Shown: in pieces, positions 1 through 12,749 of the stretch
How the letters are laid out: every line of letters begins with the position of its first letter
Numbering within the stretch: position 1 is the stretch's first letter
From: an uncultured Planctomycetota bacterium
Lineage (GTDB): Bacteria; Planctomycetota; Planctomycetia; Isosphaerales; Isosphaeraceae
Direction of reading: 5' to 3'
DNA length: 64,000 nt
Assembly (NCBI GenBank): GCA_963845755.1
Contig: CAWJTV010000020.1
Coordinates: forward strand, 288,001-352,000
Notes under the pieces: model-generated
Database searches by the model: none
The model's input: the letters and a program-made list of their open reading frames with translations, nothing else
What the model was told of the DNA's origin: nothing
Program-made: the position numbers and the translations under genes

Positions 1-1
1 C

Positions 2-697
2 AACGAATTCGAGCTTTCGGAATTCGGCGATCCGGAGACCCTGACGCGGATCAGTCAGTATGAGCTGGCGTTCCGGATGCAGATGGCGGTCCCCGATGTG
101 ATGGACATCCGTCAGGAGCCGGAATCGATTCGCGAGGAATATGGGGCCAACCCCGGCGCCTCGTCGTTCGCGAACAACTGCCTGCTGGCCCGCCGGCTCG
201 TCGAGCGAGGCGTTCGGTACGTCCAGCTTTACGATTGGGGCTGGGACTGCCACGGCACCGGTCCTCACGACGATATCGTCAAGCACCTCCCGCAGAAGTG
301 CAAGGAGGTGGATCGGCCGATCGCGGCGCTGATGGCGGACCTGAAACGACGCGGACTGCTGGAAGAAACCCTGGTGATCTGGGGCGGCGAATTCGGCCGA
401 ACCTCGATGAACGAGGCGCGTGGCGGCTCGAAATCCCTCGGACGCGACCATCATCCGCACTGTTTCAGCATCTGGATGGCCGGCGGCGGCATCAAGCCGG
501 GCATTACGCTGGGTGCCACCGACGAGCTGGGCTATCACATCGTCGAGAACCCCGTCAGCATCCACGACCTCCAGGCCACGATCCTTCACCTGCTCGGCCT
601 CGATGCCTGGAAGCTGACCTATGCCTATCAGGGCTTGCATCAAAAGCTAATCGGCCCCGAGGGCGCGGCCAGGATTCGTAAGGAGTTGCTGGCCTGA
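2..697 (+). CDS. DUF1501 domain protein (sulfatase-like), 5' truncated by window edge
   Basis: Frame open from position 2 (…QYELAFRMQ…); motifs [51 protein letters not shown]. Confidence 0.92.
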   Translation, partial: NEFELSEFGDPETLTRISQYELAFRMQMAVPDVMDIRQEPESIREEYGANPGASSFANNCLLARRLVERGVRYVQLYDWGWDCHGTGPHDDIVKHLPQKCKEVDRPIAALMADLKRRGLLEETLVIWGGEFGRTSMNEARGGSKSLGRDHHPHCFSIWMAGGGIKPGITLGATDELGYHIVENPVSIHDLQATILHLLGLDAWKLTYAYQGLHQKLIGPEGAARIRKELLA

Positions 698-705
698 AAC
701 GCACA

Positions 706-732
706 ACGCGGCGGGCGCGATGCCCGCCGCGT
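706..732. terminator. Hairpin between convergent genes (likely bidirectional terminator)
   Basis: acgcggcgggc-gcgat-gcccgccgcgt, perfect 11-bp stem. Confidence 0.6.
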
Positions 733-757
733 CGTCCGAGTGATCTTGATGTCACGT

Positions 758-3700
758 TCAATGCCGAAGACGCCACTTGTTCTTGGTACTCACGAGGGAG
801 GCGATGGCCTCGTCGAGAAGACCGGTCGGGCTCTGCGCCGGGCTGGCATTGTGTTGTGACTGCACCACATTGATCACGCGCGGTTTGGCGACGGCTTCGA
901 GCCGCGCAGCGGACCGATTCGCCATCGACGTTGCGGGCTTGGCATAGCCGGCCTGGATCGGGAAAGGTCCCAGGACCCTCCTCGGCATCGCCGTGATCTG
1001 GGCCACGAAATTGCTGCCGGCCCCGCCATTACCGCTCGGGAACGATCCGTAGAACCGCCCGTCCAGCGGGTTCCCCGCGATGTCGGTGATCCCGGCGGCA
1101 AGGACCTGGATGGTGTAATGCCCCCCGCGGAGCGGCTTGCCGTGGTTGAAGAGGATGGCCGCCTCGTCGATCCCCGTGGTACCGGCCCCCGGAGTCACCG
1201 AGATACTGGTGGGGATGATCACCTTGCGGACCGGGATCTGGTTATTCAGCGGCGTGGCCGAGAGCCGATAGTTGGCCCCGTTGCTCAGGTCCGTCAGGGA
1301 CACACCACTGAGGTTGTCCTGGAAGAAGACGTCCATCTCGCCGCCGAGGCGATGGAAGACGACGTTCGTGATCACCGGTGCGACGGTATCGATGACGACG
1401 GTCCCGAGCGAGATCGATACGTTGTCGCCGCCGTTGGACGCAACGGCACTGATCTGATACGAGCCGTCGGCCATCGGGGCGCTCACGACGGTGGCCGACC
1501 AGACGCCCGCGCTGTTCGCCACACCGGTGGCGATCGGTACGGGCGAAGCGGACGAGCCCGTGGGGGTCTCGAACACCTGGATGACCGCGCCGGCGTCGGC
1601 GTTGCCGACGAAAGTCGGCGTGGTCACATTGGTGATTCCGTCGCTGTCGCTGATCCCCGAGTCGCTCTGGGGACTCAGCCGGCCACCGGTGATCAGGGCG
1701 GGCGGTGGGGGCGGATCGGCGATGGCGACCGTCGCCGAATCCGTCCCGACGATGACGCCGGCTCCATCGCGGATCGCGACGCTCAGCGTATAGGTCCCGG
1801 GCGTGGCGTAGACGTGCCCGCTGGTCTGGACGTCGAACGCGGTGGCGCCAGCGATGCTTGCGGGGCTCAGGGTGGCCGGAACGGTCGGAGAGCCGTCGCC
1901 ATAATCGACGCTGGCGCTGTACCCCTGATAATCGAGTCCCGGCAACCCGAGGGCGAACGGCACGGAGACCGTCGCTACGGTCCAGTCGCCCGTCGGGACG
2001 TTGTCCTTTCCCGTCAGTCCGGTCGCGACCTGCACGCTCGGTGCCTGGACGGTGACCGAGTATTCGGCGTCGGCCACGACCAGGTAGGGCGCGTCATAGA
2101 CCGTGACCGAGACCGTGTAGGTGCCGGCTGCGGCGTAGTTGTGGCCGCTGGACCCGATGACCAGCGACGAGCCGCTGACGGTGACGTTGGCGGCCGCCGG
2201 GGTCGAGCCGTCGCCCCAGTCGATCACCGCCGTGTAGTTGCCGGGCACCGGCGCCGGGCTGCTCCCCTCCGCAACCCCGGTGGCGACCGTCAACGCGCCC
2301 GTGGCCGTGCCGGCGGTAGCCACCGGCCCCGAGGCGGGCAGCCCTTTCGTGAGGCTCAGACCGGTGACAGTCGCGCTCAGCGGGATCGACACGCTCTGTC
2401 CCGTCGACAGGTCGTGGAGCTCGATCGACCCCAGGTAGGTGCCCGGCGCCGGGTAGACGTGCGTGCCGCTGAGGCTGAAATCCCCATTGACGCTGAACGT
2501 GGCCCCGGACAGGCCGCTGCTATCGCCCCAGTTGATCTGGGCCGAGTAATCGCTGGGGTCCGTCGATCCGTTCGTGTTGCTGAACGTCGCCAGCACGCCG
2601 GCCCACGGGCTGCCGGCCGTGGCCGTGACTGCCGAGGTCGTGAGGACCTGGAGATCGGCGACCGAGGCGACGGCGGTGTTGTCACTGACGGCCGCGATCG
2701 CGTCGAGCTGCGCCGTCACCGGGACCACGACTCCCCCCGAGTTGACGAGGGTCGAGTTGAAAGTGCCGCCGAGATCGGTCAGCGTCACGGTGATCGGGTC
2801 GCTGCCCGTGGCCTGATACGCATGGCTGCCGGAGATGATGTACCGGCCCGGCGTGCTCGGGTCGGCGGTGATCGTCCCCGTCGTCGGCGCCGTGCCGTCG
2901 CCCCAGTCGATCGTCGCCTGATAGGAGCCCGCGTTCTCGATCAGGTCCGTGTCGGTGAAGATCGCGACGGGAACATCCACCAGGGGCAATCCCGGCTGTG
3001 CCGAGATCGTCGGCAAGGGCGCCGAGATTTGGATCGCCGGGGCGTGGTTGGTCGCGAAGTCCGCGATCGTGCTCATGTTCGTGAATGAGAAGCCTGTCCC
3101 GGTTCCGAACGCGGCCGACGCCGGATTCGTTGGCGTGCTGGGAGTCAAGGTCGCCGTCGACCCCGTGCCCTGCGAGTTGATCCGCAAGCTGTTGACGCCC
3201 GTGCCGCCCAGGATCGCGAGGTTGGAGGAATTGGTGCCGGCCGCGAGTTCCGCGCCGACAACGGTGACCAGATCGTTGCCGACGCCGCCATTGATCGTCG
3301 TCGTCACCGTTGCCGGGTTGGCTTCCACGTTGAGCGTACTACTGCCGGAGCCCAGCTTCACCATTGAGGTGGCCTGGCCGCTGGCTTTCGTGGGATTGTC
3401 CAGGATGAAAACATTGTTCTCATTGACGGCCGAGGCGTCGATCGTCACGTTCGTCTTGTTCGAGTAGGCAACCGACTCGAACGACGGGCTGGCCGATGGA
3501 TCGGAGATCAGCGTGAAACCGGCCGTCGAATCGTCGGTCACGGCGATCGTCCCGGCGGAGGGCGGGGCCGTGAAGGTGTAATTCGTCACCGGCGTCGAAT
3601 CTGTCGTCGGCGTGAGGTTCGAGAACTGGACGCCTCCCTGGAAGTCCGGCGTGGCGCCGTCGTAGAACGCGACCGTTCCGCTGCCGGGCCCGGTCGCCGT

Positions 3701-6700
3701 GTAGTCCTCGCTGGTGAAGATCGGAGGCGTCGAGCCGGATGAGTCCTCGAATCCCAGCGAGTCGCCTCCGCCGCCGCCGTTGAACGACAGGTTGATCGGT
3801 ACGGCCCCCCCGTCGGACCCGAACAACGGGTTCCCGTGGGCGAAATCGACGTCCAGATTATCGGCGCCCGTTCCGGTGGTGAGTCCGAAGGAAACGAGGG
3901 CACTGGGGTCGTAGGAGAGCCCACCGCCCGGCAGCACGCCGTCCAGGTCGGCCATATTCCCGTTCATCTCCAGGAGCATGTTACCAAACGAAGACGTTTC
4001 CGCCGAACCATCGACGTTCAGGATGGTGGAATCCGGAGCCCCGGTGACGGAGATGCCGGCGTCGAGGTTCGCGAGGCTGCCATCGTCGCCGATGTCGACC
4101 GTGTTGGGATCACCTTGCGCTCCCGGCTGGTCATCGATGACCAGCGAGCCATCGGCGGTGACGTTCTCGACAAGAACGGTGTTGCCATTGCCCCCAAGCT
4201 GGATGGTATTGACCGTCCCCGGCGTGGTCCCGTTGATGGTGAGAGTCTGACCGCTGGTATCGGGCCCGAAGTACCAGAATGTGAGACTCTGGAGTCCGGT
4301 CGCGTTCGTAGCCGGGGGCTGAACGTACGTCGGGTTGGTGACGTCCCTCAAATCGACCAGGACGTCGGCCTTGTTGGCGAAATCCATCGGCGTGAATACG
4401 GGCGGGATGTCGCCGCTGGAGATCTCGTCGGTTGACAGCGAGCCGATGGCCGGGCCGGTCGTGACGTGAATGACCTGGGCATTCGAGGGTGCGTCGAAGC
4501 GGTAACTGGATACCGGGACCGTATCGGTGATCGAGGCCAAATTGCTGAATTGCACGGTCGTGAACACCGAGCCTATTCCGAACGCCAACTCGGCGGCATC
4601 GGCACCCAGGTAGGCCCAGTCCTCGGCTCCGAACGGCGTCGGGCCGGGTAGCTCGCCCTGGAGGATCAGGGCGTTGTTCACTCCCTGCATTCCCTCGAAA
4701 TCGAAGATAGAGGGTACTGGGTTTCCCTGGCTGAAATCCACCATCATGGTGTTGGACGAGCCGGAGCCCGTCGCCAGGGTCACATAGCTGACCGTGCTCG
4801 GGTCGAAGCTGATCGTCGCGGCGGAAACACCGGTCAAGTCGCTGAGATTGGTCGTGCTGTTGTACTCCAGCAGCGGCGTCGTGGAGTTCGTATCACTCGA
4901 GTCGTCGATGGTCAGACTCGTGGTGCCGGACAGATCCCCATGCACCCTAACGGCACCCAGACCCGACGCGGGGTGGGATTCGTTGCCCAGCGTCATCCAG
5001 TCGGTCTTGCCCGTGCCGGGGTTGGTCTCGAGATTCGTGGTGGCCGTTGTGGGCGTGCCGGTGACGCTCCAGGTGTCGCCTCCGCTACTCCCCTGGATCG
5101 TCAGGCCGGTCAACCCCGTCAAACCGCTATAGCTGACACTGGGCGTCTCGCCGATGGAGAATCCCATGCTGGTGAGGTCGTAGGAGGCCGACGCCGTGCT
5201 GGCGGAATCGTCGATCGTGAGCGAGGCAGAACCGCTGCCCTGAACGTTGACATTGCCGGTCAGCCCGGATGCCGGGTCGATCTCGCTGCCCACCATGACC
5301 GAGTCGGGATTGTCGTTCGGTGCCGACACATTGATCACCGTCGCATCCGCGACCAACTGCGGCGAACCGGTGACGGTGATGTCATTTCCACCCGCGGTAC
5401 TGGCATCGAAGGTCAGCCCGCTGAGTACCGCGGTGTTGTAGACGAAACCCGGCCCGTTGATGAAGCTCAGCGACGTCGCATCGATGCCGACGGTTTGGGG
5501 ACTGGCGTCGCCCGAGTCATCGACGGTCAGGCTGGTCGAGCCGGGAAACTCGGTGAAGAAGTTGATACTTCCCAGCCCGCTGGCGGGGCTCAGGACGTCG
5601 CCCACGGTGACCGCATTGGTCGCCCCCGTGCCCATGTCGAGACTCAGCGGGTTGGACGCTCCGGGCGTGCCGGTCACGGTCACCAGGTTCGATCCCGCGT
5701 CGCTGGCTTTGAGCGACACGATCGAGAGGCTTGCGCCGCCGTAATTGAAGGTTGGCCCACCGCTAAAGCCGACAGCCGTGCCCGTCACACCGATGGTCTT
5801 GCCGCTGACATCGGCCGAGTCGTCGATCCACACGCCGGTCTGACCGACGACACCGGTCGTCACCGTGACATTGCCCAGGCCGTTGGCGGCGTCCGAGGCA
5901 TCGCCCAGGTTGACGGTGTTGCCGGTGGCCGTGCCCATGTCGAGCATCAGTGGGTTGGTTGTCACAGGTGTGCCTGTCACGATCACCGTGTTTTGATTCG
6001 CGTCGCTAGCGTCGAAGGTCAACGTGGTGAGGTCGGCATTCGTGTAGTCGAAGTCCGTCGCCCCGAAGATGGTGACCGCTGTCGGCGTCACGCCGACCTC
6101 CTGGCCGGATCCATCGTCCGAGTCGTCGATCGTCAGGCTGGTCGAGCCGCTGACCGGTGGTACGCCGACGGTTGATGTCGTGACCGTGACATTACCCAGG
6201 TCGGCGGCGGCATCGGTGGCATCGCCCAGGTTGACCGCGTTGCCCGTGCCTGTGCCCATGGCGAGGGTGATCGGGGCCAGCCCCGGCGACTCCGAGGGCG
6301 AGCCGGTGGCGTTGACCGTGTTCGAGCCCTGGTCGCTGGCGTCGAACGTCAAGCTGCCGATGGTCGCCGGGCTGAGGTCGAAGGCCGGTCCGCCGGTGAA
6401 GCTGAATTGAGTCGAGGAGATGCCGATGGTCGCAGTGCTCGCCGTGTCGGCCGAGTCGTCGATCGTCAGGTCGTACGGGGCGCTGCTACCGGACCCGATC
6501 GAGATGCTCCCCAGACCGCTGGCGGCGTGGGAAGCGTCGCCCAGGTTCATCGTATTGGTGCCACCAGCGAATGCTGAGATGACCATCGGGCTGGCCGGCG
6601 GCAGCGTGGGCATGCCGGTGACGTTGATCGTGTTCCCGCCATTGTTGTTGAGATCCAGTTCCAGGCTGGAGAGCGTCGCGCCGCCGTAGGTGACGGTCGG

Positions 6701-8579
6701 GCCGCCGATGAGGCTCACCGCCGACGCCGTCACGCCGTAGGTCCAGCTACCATTGCCGACCGAGTCGTCGATGGTTAGTCCGGTCGTGCCGCCCGCCCCG
6801 GTCGTCAGCGTGACGTCGCCGTAGGCGTCGGCCCGGGGGCCGAAATCGACGGAGTTCCCCGTCCCCGCGCCCATGGCCAGGGCCATCGCGTTGGTCGCGG
6901 TTGGCGTGCCTGTGACATCGACGGTGTTCGAGCCGGCGTCGGCGGCATCGAAGGTCAAGCCGGAGAGGGTTGCCCCGCCGTAGGTGAACACCGGCGCGGT
7001 GTTAATGGTGAGGGTGGAGCTGGCTACGGCGACGGTCTGGCCGGTCGTATCGTCCGAGTCGTCGATCGTCAGTCCGGTGGTGCCCGTGACCGTCACGTCC
7101 CCCAGGTTGCTGGCGGCGTGGGAGGCGTCGCCGAGATTCACCGCGTTGCTCGTCGAGCCGCCCATGGCCACCGAGGTGGTGGCCCCGGTGGGCGTTCCTG
7201 TCACCAACACCGTGTCGGCTCCGGAGCCGAACGCCGCCGTCAGCGAGCTCAGGTTCGCGTAATTGATCGCCGCCGGCGAGGTCCCGCTGAACTGCGTGGC
7301 GGTGAGGGTCGAGGTGCTGGAGCTGGCGTCGGCCGAATCGTCGATCGCCAGGGCGGTCCAGCCTCCGACGTTGTCGAGGCTGACAATCCCCGAGATGCCG
7401 CTGAGCAGGCCGACGTCGCCGATGTTGACGATATCGCTGCCGCCCTGACCGTGGATCGTGAGGGGATTACTTGTGGTGGTCCCCTGTGCATCGACCGTAT
7501 CGCCGCCCGTGCCGGTGTTCAGGGTCGTGGGGCCGGGCGTGCCGGTCACGATGAACGTGTTGCCCCCCGAACCGCCGCTGATGGTCAGCGACCCGGGGCC
7601 GGAGAAGTTCACCGCGGCCGGGGCCAGGCCCGCCGAGATCCCACTCGAACTGATGGTGGCGGTGGTGGCGGTGGTGTCGGCCGAGTCGTCGATCGCCACG
7701 GTCGTCGACGCGCTCGTGTTCGCGACGGTGACGGCCGCCAGGATCCCCTGGGCACTGCCGGCGTTGCCGACGTTGACGGCCTCGGCCCCTGACCCCTGGA
7801 CGCTCAGCGGCGCCCCTGCGGTCGTGGAGTGGACATCGACGGTGTCGCCGGTGCTATTCCCCTGGATCGTGGTCGACGTTTCGGTGCCGTCGACGGTAAA
7901 GGTGTCCGCACCCGTCCCCGCAAAGAGCGACAGGGCTGATAACGTCGCATTGGTGAGGTCGATCGAGGCCGGCGTGATGCCGGTCACGGACGTGCTCGTG
8001 ACGCTGACATTCCGCCCGGTGGCGTCGTTCTGGTCATCGACCGCGGCGGTCGAAGTTCCCACGGTCGAACCGATCGTAACGGTCCCGTTGATCGCCTGGC
8101 TGGTGCCGAAGCCAATCTGGAATAAGTCGCTGCCCCCGGTCGAGTCGTGGAGGGTGGTGGGATTGTTGTTGGAGATCAGGATCAGGGAGCTGTCGCCCCC
8201 ATGCATGTCGAAGTCCAGCGAGGTCGTGTTCGTGGTCGTGATGGTGTTCGTGCCGTTGCCGGTCACGATGCCGGTGCCGTTATTGGTGACGTTGATCACG
8301 TCAGCGAGGTCGGTGATCGTATAGACGCCGCTCGTGTAGGAGACGTCCACCGTGGTCGGCGTATCGGCCACGAAGGCGAAGGCGTCGCTCGCGTCGATGG
8401 TCACCGCCGCGGCCAGGAGGGTCCTCTCTTCGAGGGCATCGATCAGGAGGCGAGGCTCGACCGCGCGTTCGACGCCTTGCGTCGCGGGCGACCGGCTTGG
8501 TCCACGGCTGGCGAAGACTTCTGGACATGTCTCGTCGCGTCCCCAAGAGCCGGCCGTGGTTGCCAAAGGTCTCCGACAT
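758..8579 (-). CDS. Giant (~2600 aa) secreted repeat protein/adhesin: planctomycete extracellular-domain motif, about 11-12 ~100-aa beta-rich repeats, 4 PKD/Ig-like domains and a bacterial Ig domain; probable frameshift near the N-terminus
   Basis: RLLIDALEERTLLA motif; repeated LTIDDS.D…VTGTP…NLGDA; four Y.A.IDWGDG-type motifs; SDSGISDSDGITNVTTPTFVG. The Arg-rich leader (ATG 8579/8528, MSRSLRQ…RRRTRGR) lies in another frame. Confidence 0.85.
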
Positions 8580-9258
8580 GGTGCAAATCTCCGAAGGAGG
8601 AAAAGCGTTCAGGGAGTTACAGCGACCCATGTGTCTCTTGGGTGCGCACTGCGGTCGGCCCGGCGGACGGCCGGTCTCGACGACTCCCGATGTTATTCGT
8701 CACGAACGAACAGTCCGATTCGCCCGATCGGCCATCTCTGGTCGGGGCCGACTCGTACGATGGCCGAACCGATGGGCGAAGGAAGCAAACCTGCCGCCCC
8801 GAGCGGGTGGGCGGAGTTTCTCGATCGGCGTGGTCTTTCGTCCTCTCCACACGGTAGGGCTCGACGTCCCGCAACAGGGCTCCCCGTCCAAGACGAGCCC
8901 GCGACCCGACTGGCCCCCTCTTCAAAGCGATAGGACGTCGCGCGTTCTTTGTCTACTTACCGTTGGATAAATACATTCCCTTTTTTTCTCTCAAAAGGTC
9001 GCGATGGACGGTCGATCCCGGACAATCTGAACCTTGGGCAAGGTCCACCTTCTTCCCTGACATGGCCCCACTCTGCCACGTCATGGAGGATTCCGACTTT
9101 CCCGGGCGTCCGATCCCACATTGATGGCCGGGATGGGCCCTTCCGGCGAGGTCGCGTCTCGTCGCGCCATTAACAAACAATGGTTCATCCGGATCCGTGC
9201 GCGCCCGGTCTTGAAAACGGTGGAGTTGTGATCCGGCCTCGCCCACGGCGAATCCTTG

Positions 9259-9338
9259 GCCCGAAGGGGCCGCAACATAACAGCCCGGGGCAACGCCCCG
9301 GGAACGGAGCCCCCAACGGGAAAATGCCCTGAAAGGGC
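9259..9338. repeat. REP-like palindromic element
   Basis: gcccgaaggggc … cccggggc-aac-gccccggg … gccctgaaagggc: three short hairpins of the GCCCTGAAAGGGC / CCCRGGGCAACGCCCYGGG type. Confidence 0.6.
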
Positions 9339-10183
9339 GACACAGGTGCAGGCCGCCGGCCCGGTTTGTCTGGCCCCTACCTTCTAGACATATGTCCGAC
9401 CGCATCCTCGGCACGCAAAAAAGCCGGTCGGACAGCATGTTTCAGAAGGCTGATCCGGACCATATGTTGTCCAGCGGCACGACATATGTCCGGATCTCTG
9501 GGGCTTTTGGAACAGACTCTCAAAACCGGTAGGTGCATCGACCCAGGAGTGTCCCAGTCTCGCGTCCAAATCGTTCGAGGTCCAGCACCAACTGTACGCC
9601 TGAATCACCGATGATGAGAGTCAAAATCCATCAGAGAAGGTATCCCGCTCGCTAGTTCATCAAGCCGAAGCGACGGCCGAAGTCAGACATCTCACCACAG
9701 GCCCGATCATGTGTCCGGGAAGCACCAAAATCGGCCAGGAGAAGCCAGCCTGCTCATCCCGCCCGCCGGTGAATGAAGGGGCGTCACGACCGAAATGAGC
9801 CTCCAATCCGACTCGACCGTGGGACGAGCAGCTAATCCTCGGACCGGCGCCCTTGGGGTTGACGGCCAGGGCTCCCCGAATCCGGTCCGGGCCGAGTCAA
9901 GGATCCAGTACGGGGGCACCCGAACGACCAACGACAGATCAGTGCTCATGCTTGACCAGAGGCCAAGTGGACAAGCAATGTCCGTCCGTGGTGATTTTTT
10001 CGCCACAAATTCCGACTCGTCGGTGAGGATCCCCGGCGCCACTCTTGCGATGATCCGACTACGACTACCATCGTCGCATGCATGATGCGAATGAGCTTTC
10101 CGACATCTCCCAGCTACCTCGCAACGCGGGCCGGTGGCGAGGTCGTCAGTTCCGACCAGGTCGAATTCCGCGTATTCACGCGA

Positions 10184-10981
10184 TTACGGATACCAACTGG
10201 GGTTGGTGAGGATCACTCCGCCGGGATACATGCCCAGGTAGGCGTCGGGCTTGAGCACGGACTTGGCGTGGCCATCGAGATAGAGGACGTTCGAGCTGCC
10301 GTGCCGATTCCAGGGGATCCATTTGTCGAGCGTGACGGTGCCGAGCCAGATGTCGTAGTCGTCCTGCCTCGGATCAGTGGCCGCGACCGGGTCGTTGATA
10401 TTGGCGTCCATGACCGCGCCGTCACGCTCGTTCATGCAGACGAAATTCGACGTTCCGATGTCATACTGGAAACGGGGAAACGTCCAGCGGCCATAGCGGA
10501 CGGTCTTGTGGCTGAGCTGCGAGTTCAGCAGGTAGCTCGTCCGGTTGGTGATGCCATCGATTAGCCCGGTCGAGGGGTCGATATAAGGCTGAACGACCGA
10601 AATGTCGGACATGCAGCGGAAGATTTTCTCATCGGCAATCTGGGTTCCGCCTTTGGCGATCGCGTCGTTGGCGAAGGTCGGGTTGACATAGGGCATGATC
10701 TTGTCTTCCCAATAGATCTCCGCGAACGACTCGGCGTTGTGTACCTCGGAGAGGCTGTCGGCGTTGAACGGGTGATGGAGGAAGAACTGCCCGTTCCAAT
10801 CGTCGAAGTATTGCATGATGCCCAGGCCGATCTGATGCAGATGGCTCTGGCAATCCATGCGGCGGGCCGCCTCGCGTGCGCCTTGCACGGCGGGCAGCAA
10901 GAGCGCGACCAAGACCGAGATGACGGCGATCACCACCAGCAACTCAATCAGGGTGAATCCCGATCGGATTCGATGATTCAT
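10184..10981 (-). CDS. DUF1559 / prepilin-type N-terminal cleavage-methylation protein (divergent subtype)
   Basis: [35 protein letters not shown]-terminal [13 protein letters not shown] (H-X9-DG-like). Confidence 0.92.
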   Translation of the reverse strand: MNHRIRSGFTLIELLVVIAVISVLVALLLPAVQGAREAARRMDCQSHLHQIGLGIMQYFDDWNGQFFLHHPFNADSLSEVHNAESFAEIYWEDKIMPYVNPTFANDAIAKGGTQIADEKIFRCMSDISVVQPYIDPSTGLIDGITNRTSYLLNSQLSHKTVRYGRWTFPRFQYDIGTSNFVCMNERDGAVMDANINDPVAATDPRQDDYDIWLGTVTLDKWIPWNRHGSSNVLYLDGHAKSVLKPDAYLGMYPGGVILTNPSWYP

Positions 10982-11696
10982 GGAGTCTAACTCTCTCGAG
11001 AAGGGTTGGCGGCGCCGCGTGTTACGAACGGTCAAAAGATACTACCCGTGCGACGGGTTCGCAAGAGGGTGACCCGAATGCGGGCCGCAGAGACAGTGCG
11101 TGATGGCTGCGATGCCGATTGATCGAACGCAATGTCGGCGTTTGTGGGAGCATTGCTCGCATGATCCTCCCGGAGTAGCGTCGGGCTATTCACATGCGCG
11201 AACGACGAGGCGGCAATCTATTCAAGCGACTGCGCCCTCCCGGCCTCGCGGGTTCAACTTTTTTCGGGGGCACGGCGGTGTGCGGGGCCTTCTTGCTTCG
11301 CCGACAGCGTGAAGCCGGTGATAGGGGACAGGCCGAGAAAGCTGTTTTTGGGCATCAATGAAGTGAACGCGGTCGACCTGAAAACCTCGGCCGGGAATCG
11401 GGAGACGGGCTGCTCGCCGGCCTTCCCACAAGTCTGAGTTGGCTCGTCCCCTCACGAGCGGTCCCTGCAAACGGCCGAATTCGTACGTTCGCGGATACCG
11501 GCGACTTCTCGCTCGCCCGTCGGGCGCCTGGCCGCGAGTTCTCGGCCCCGTTACGGCTGAAATCCGCCGACGAAAACCACCCTCTGGCGGAGGCTGTCTC
11601 GGCGCGTTATGATCCCCGGCTGTCTCGGTAGCACGATTTTCAGAATCGTATTATCGGGCCGAGTTGCTCTCGAATGTCCACCTATGGGAGCGTTTT

Positions 11697-12731
11697 ATGA
11701 GACATCGACACGGCTTCACACTGATCGAACTGCTGGTGGTGATTGCCATCATTGCCGTGCTCATCGCCTTGCTGTTGCCGGCGGTCCAGGCGGCCCGCGA
11801 GGCGGCCCGCCGCATCCAGTGCACCAACAACCTCAAGCAGATCGGCCTCGCCTTGCACAACTATCACAGCGCCCTGGGCTCCTTCCCGCCGGGCGGGATG
11901 GTGGCCCCGCTGACCAACTGGTGGGTCGCGCAGGGCCTGACCTGGCCCGGCCACTTCCGTTACTCGACCCCCGTCATGATCATGCCGTTCATGGAGCAGA
12001 CCACCGGCTTCAACGCCATGAACTTCCTGATCCCGTTGTACGACCTCAACGGCGACGACATGCCCCAGAACACCACCGTCTACTCCATGCAGGTGAACGC
12101 GTTCCTCTGCCCGAGCGACGTGCGCAATTCAATCGAGATCGAATTCGAGATGCCGTGCAACTACGCCGCGAACTCGGGCAACGGATTGCCGGGCGGCTTC
12201 AGCCTCCCGGCCTCGTACGGAACGCCCAACGGGCCGTTCTACTCCAACTCGGGGACGACGATGGCCAACATGATCGATGGCTCGAGCAACACGGCGGCCT
12301 TCGGCGAGAGCATCATCGGCACGAATTCGAATATCCCCCCGTCGCCGGGCGCGCCGAACCCCCAGGAGATCGTGGTCCAACTGCCCTCGGGCATCAACAC
12401 GTTCGCCGATACGTTCACGTACATCCCCCTGGTCGCGTCCGATTGCCTCGCCTCGACGAACTACCGCTGGGACCGCCAGACGAACTGGATCGACGCGGAC
12501 TACCGGCACACGCTCTACGATCATTACCTGACCCCGAACAGCACGATGTATGACTGCCTTCGCGGGCCGATGCACGGCTGGCGGACGGCGCGGAGCCGCC
12601 ACCCGGGCGGGGTGAACATCCTCTTCGTCGATGGCAGCGTCCACTTCATGAAGAACTCGATCAACCTCGTGGCCTGGCAGGGCATTGCCACCGTCGCGGG
12701 CGGCGAGGTCATCAGCTCGGACTCCTACTAA
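11697..12731 (+). CDS. DUF1559 prepilin-type protein
   Basis: [73 protein letters not shown]; ends [10 protein letters not shown]. Confidence 0.96.
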   Translation: MRHRHGFTLIELLVVIAIIAVLIALLLPAVQAAREAARRIQCTNNLKQIGLALHNYHSALGSFPPGGMVAPLTNWWVAQGLTWPGHFRYSTPVMIMPFMEQTTGFNAMNFLIPLYDLNGDDMPQNTTVYSMQVNAFLCPSDVRNSIEIEFEMPCNYAANSGNGLPGGFSLPASYGTPNGPFYSNSGTTMANMIDGSSNTAAFGESIIGTNSNIPPSPGAPNPQEIVVQLPSGINTFADTFTYIPLVASDCLASTNYRWDRQTNWIDADYRHTLYDHYLTPNSTMYDCLRGPMHGWRTARSRHPGGVNILFVDGSVHFMKNSINLVAWQGIATVAGGEVISSDSY

Positions 12732-12749
12732 GTGAAAGGGGCAAGACCG

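Noticed and set aside
1118..8324. Long plus-strand ORFs opposite the giant gene (e.g. 656, 411 and 288 aa)
   Set aside because: Antisense shadows of high-GC coding sequence with no recognisable motifs.
11340..11640. Possible cobalamin or NiCo riboswitch in the divergent DUF1559 intergenic region
   Set aside because: Only a GGGAAGGC-like fragment is present on the minus strand. The core B12-box and NiCo elements were not found by eye; an Infernal search would settle it.
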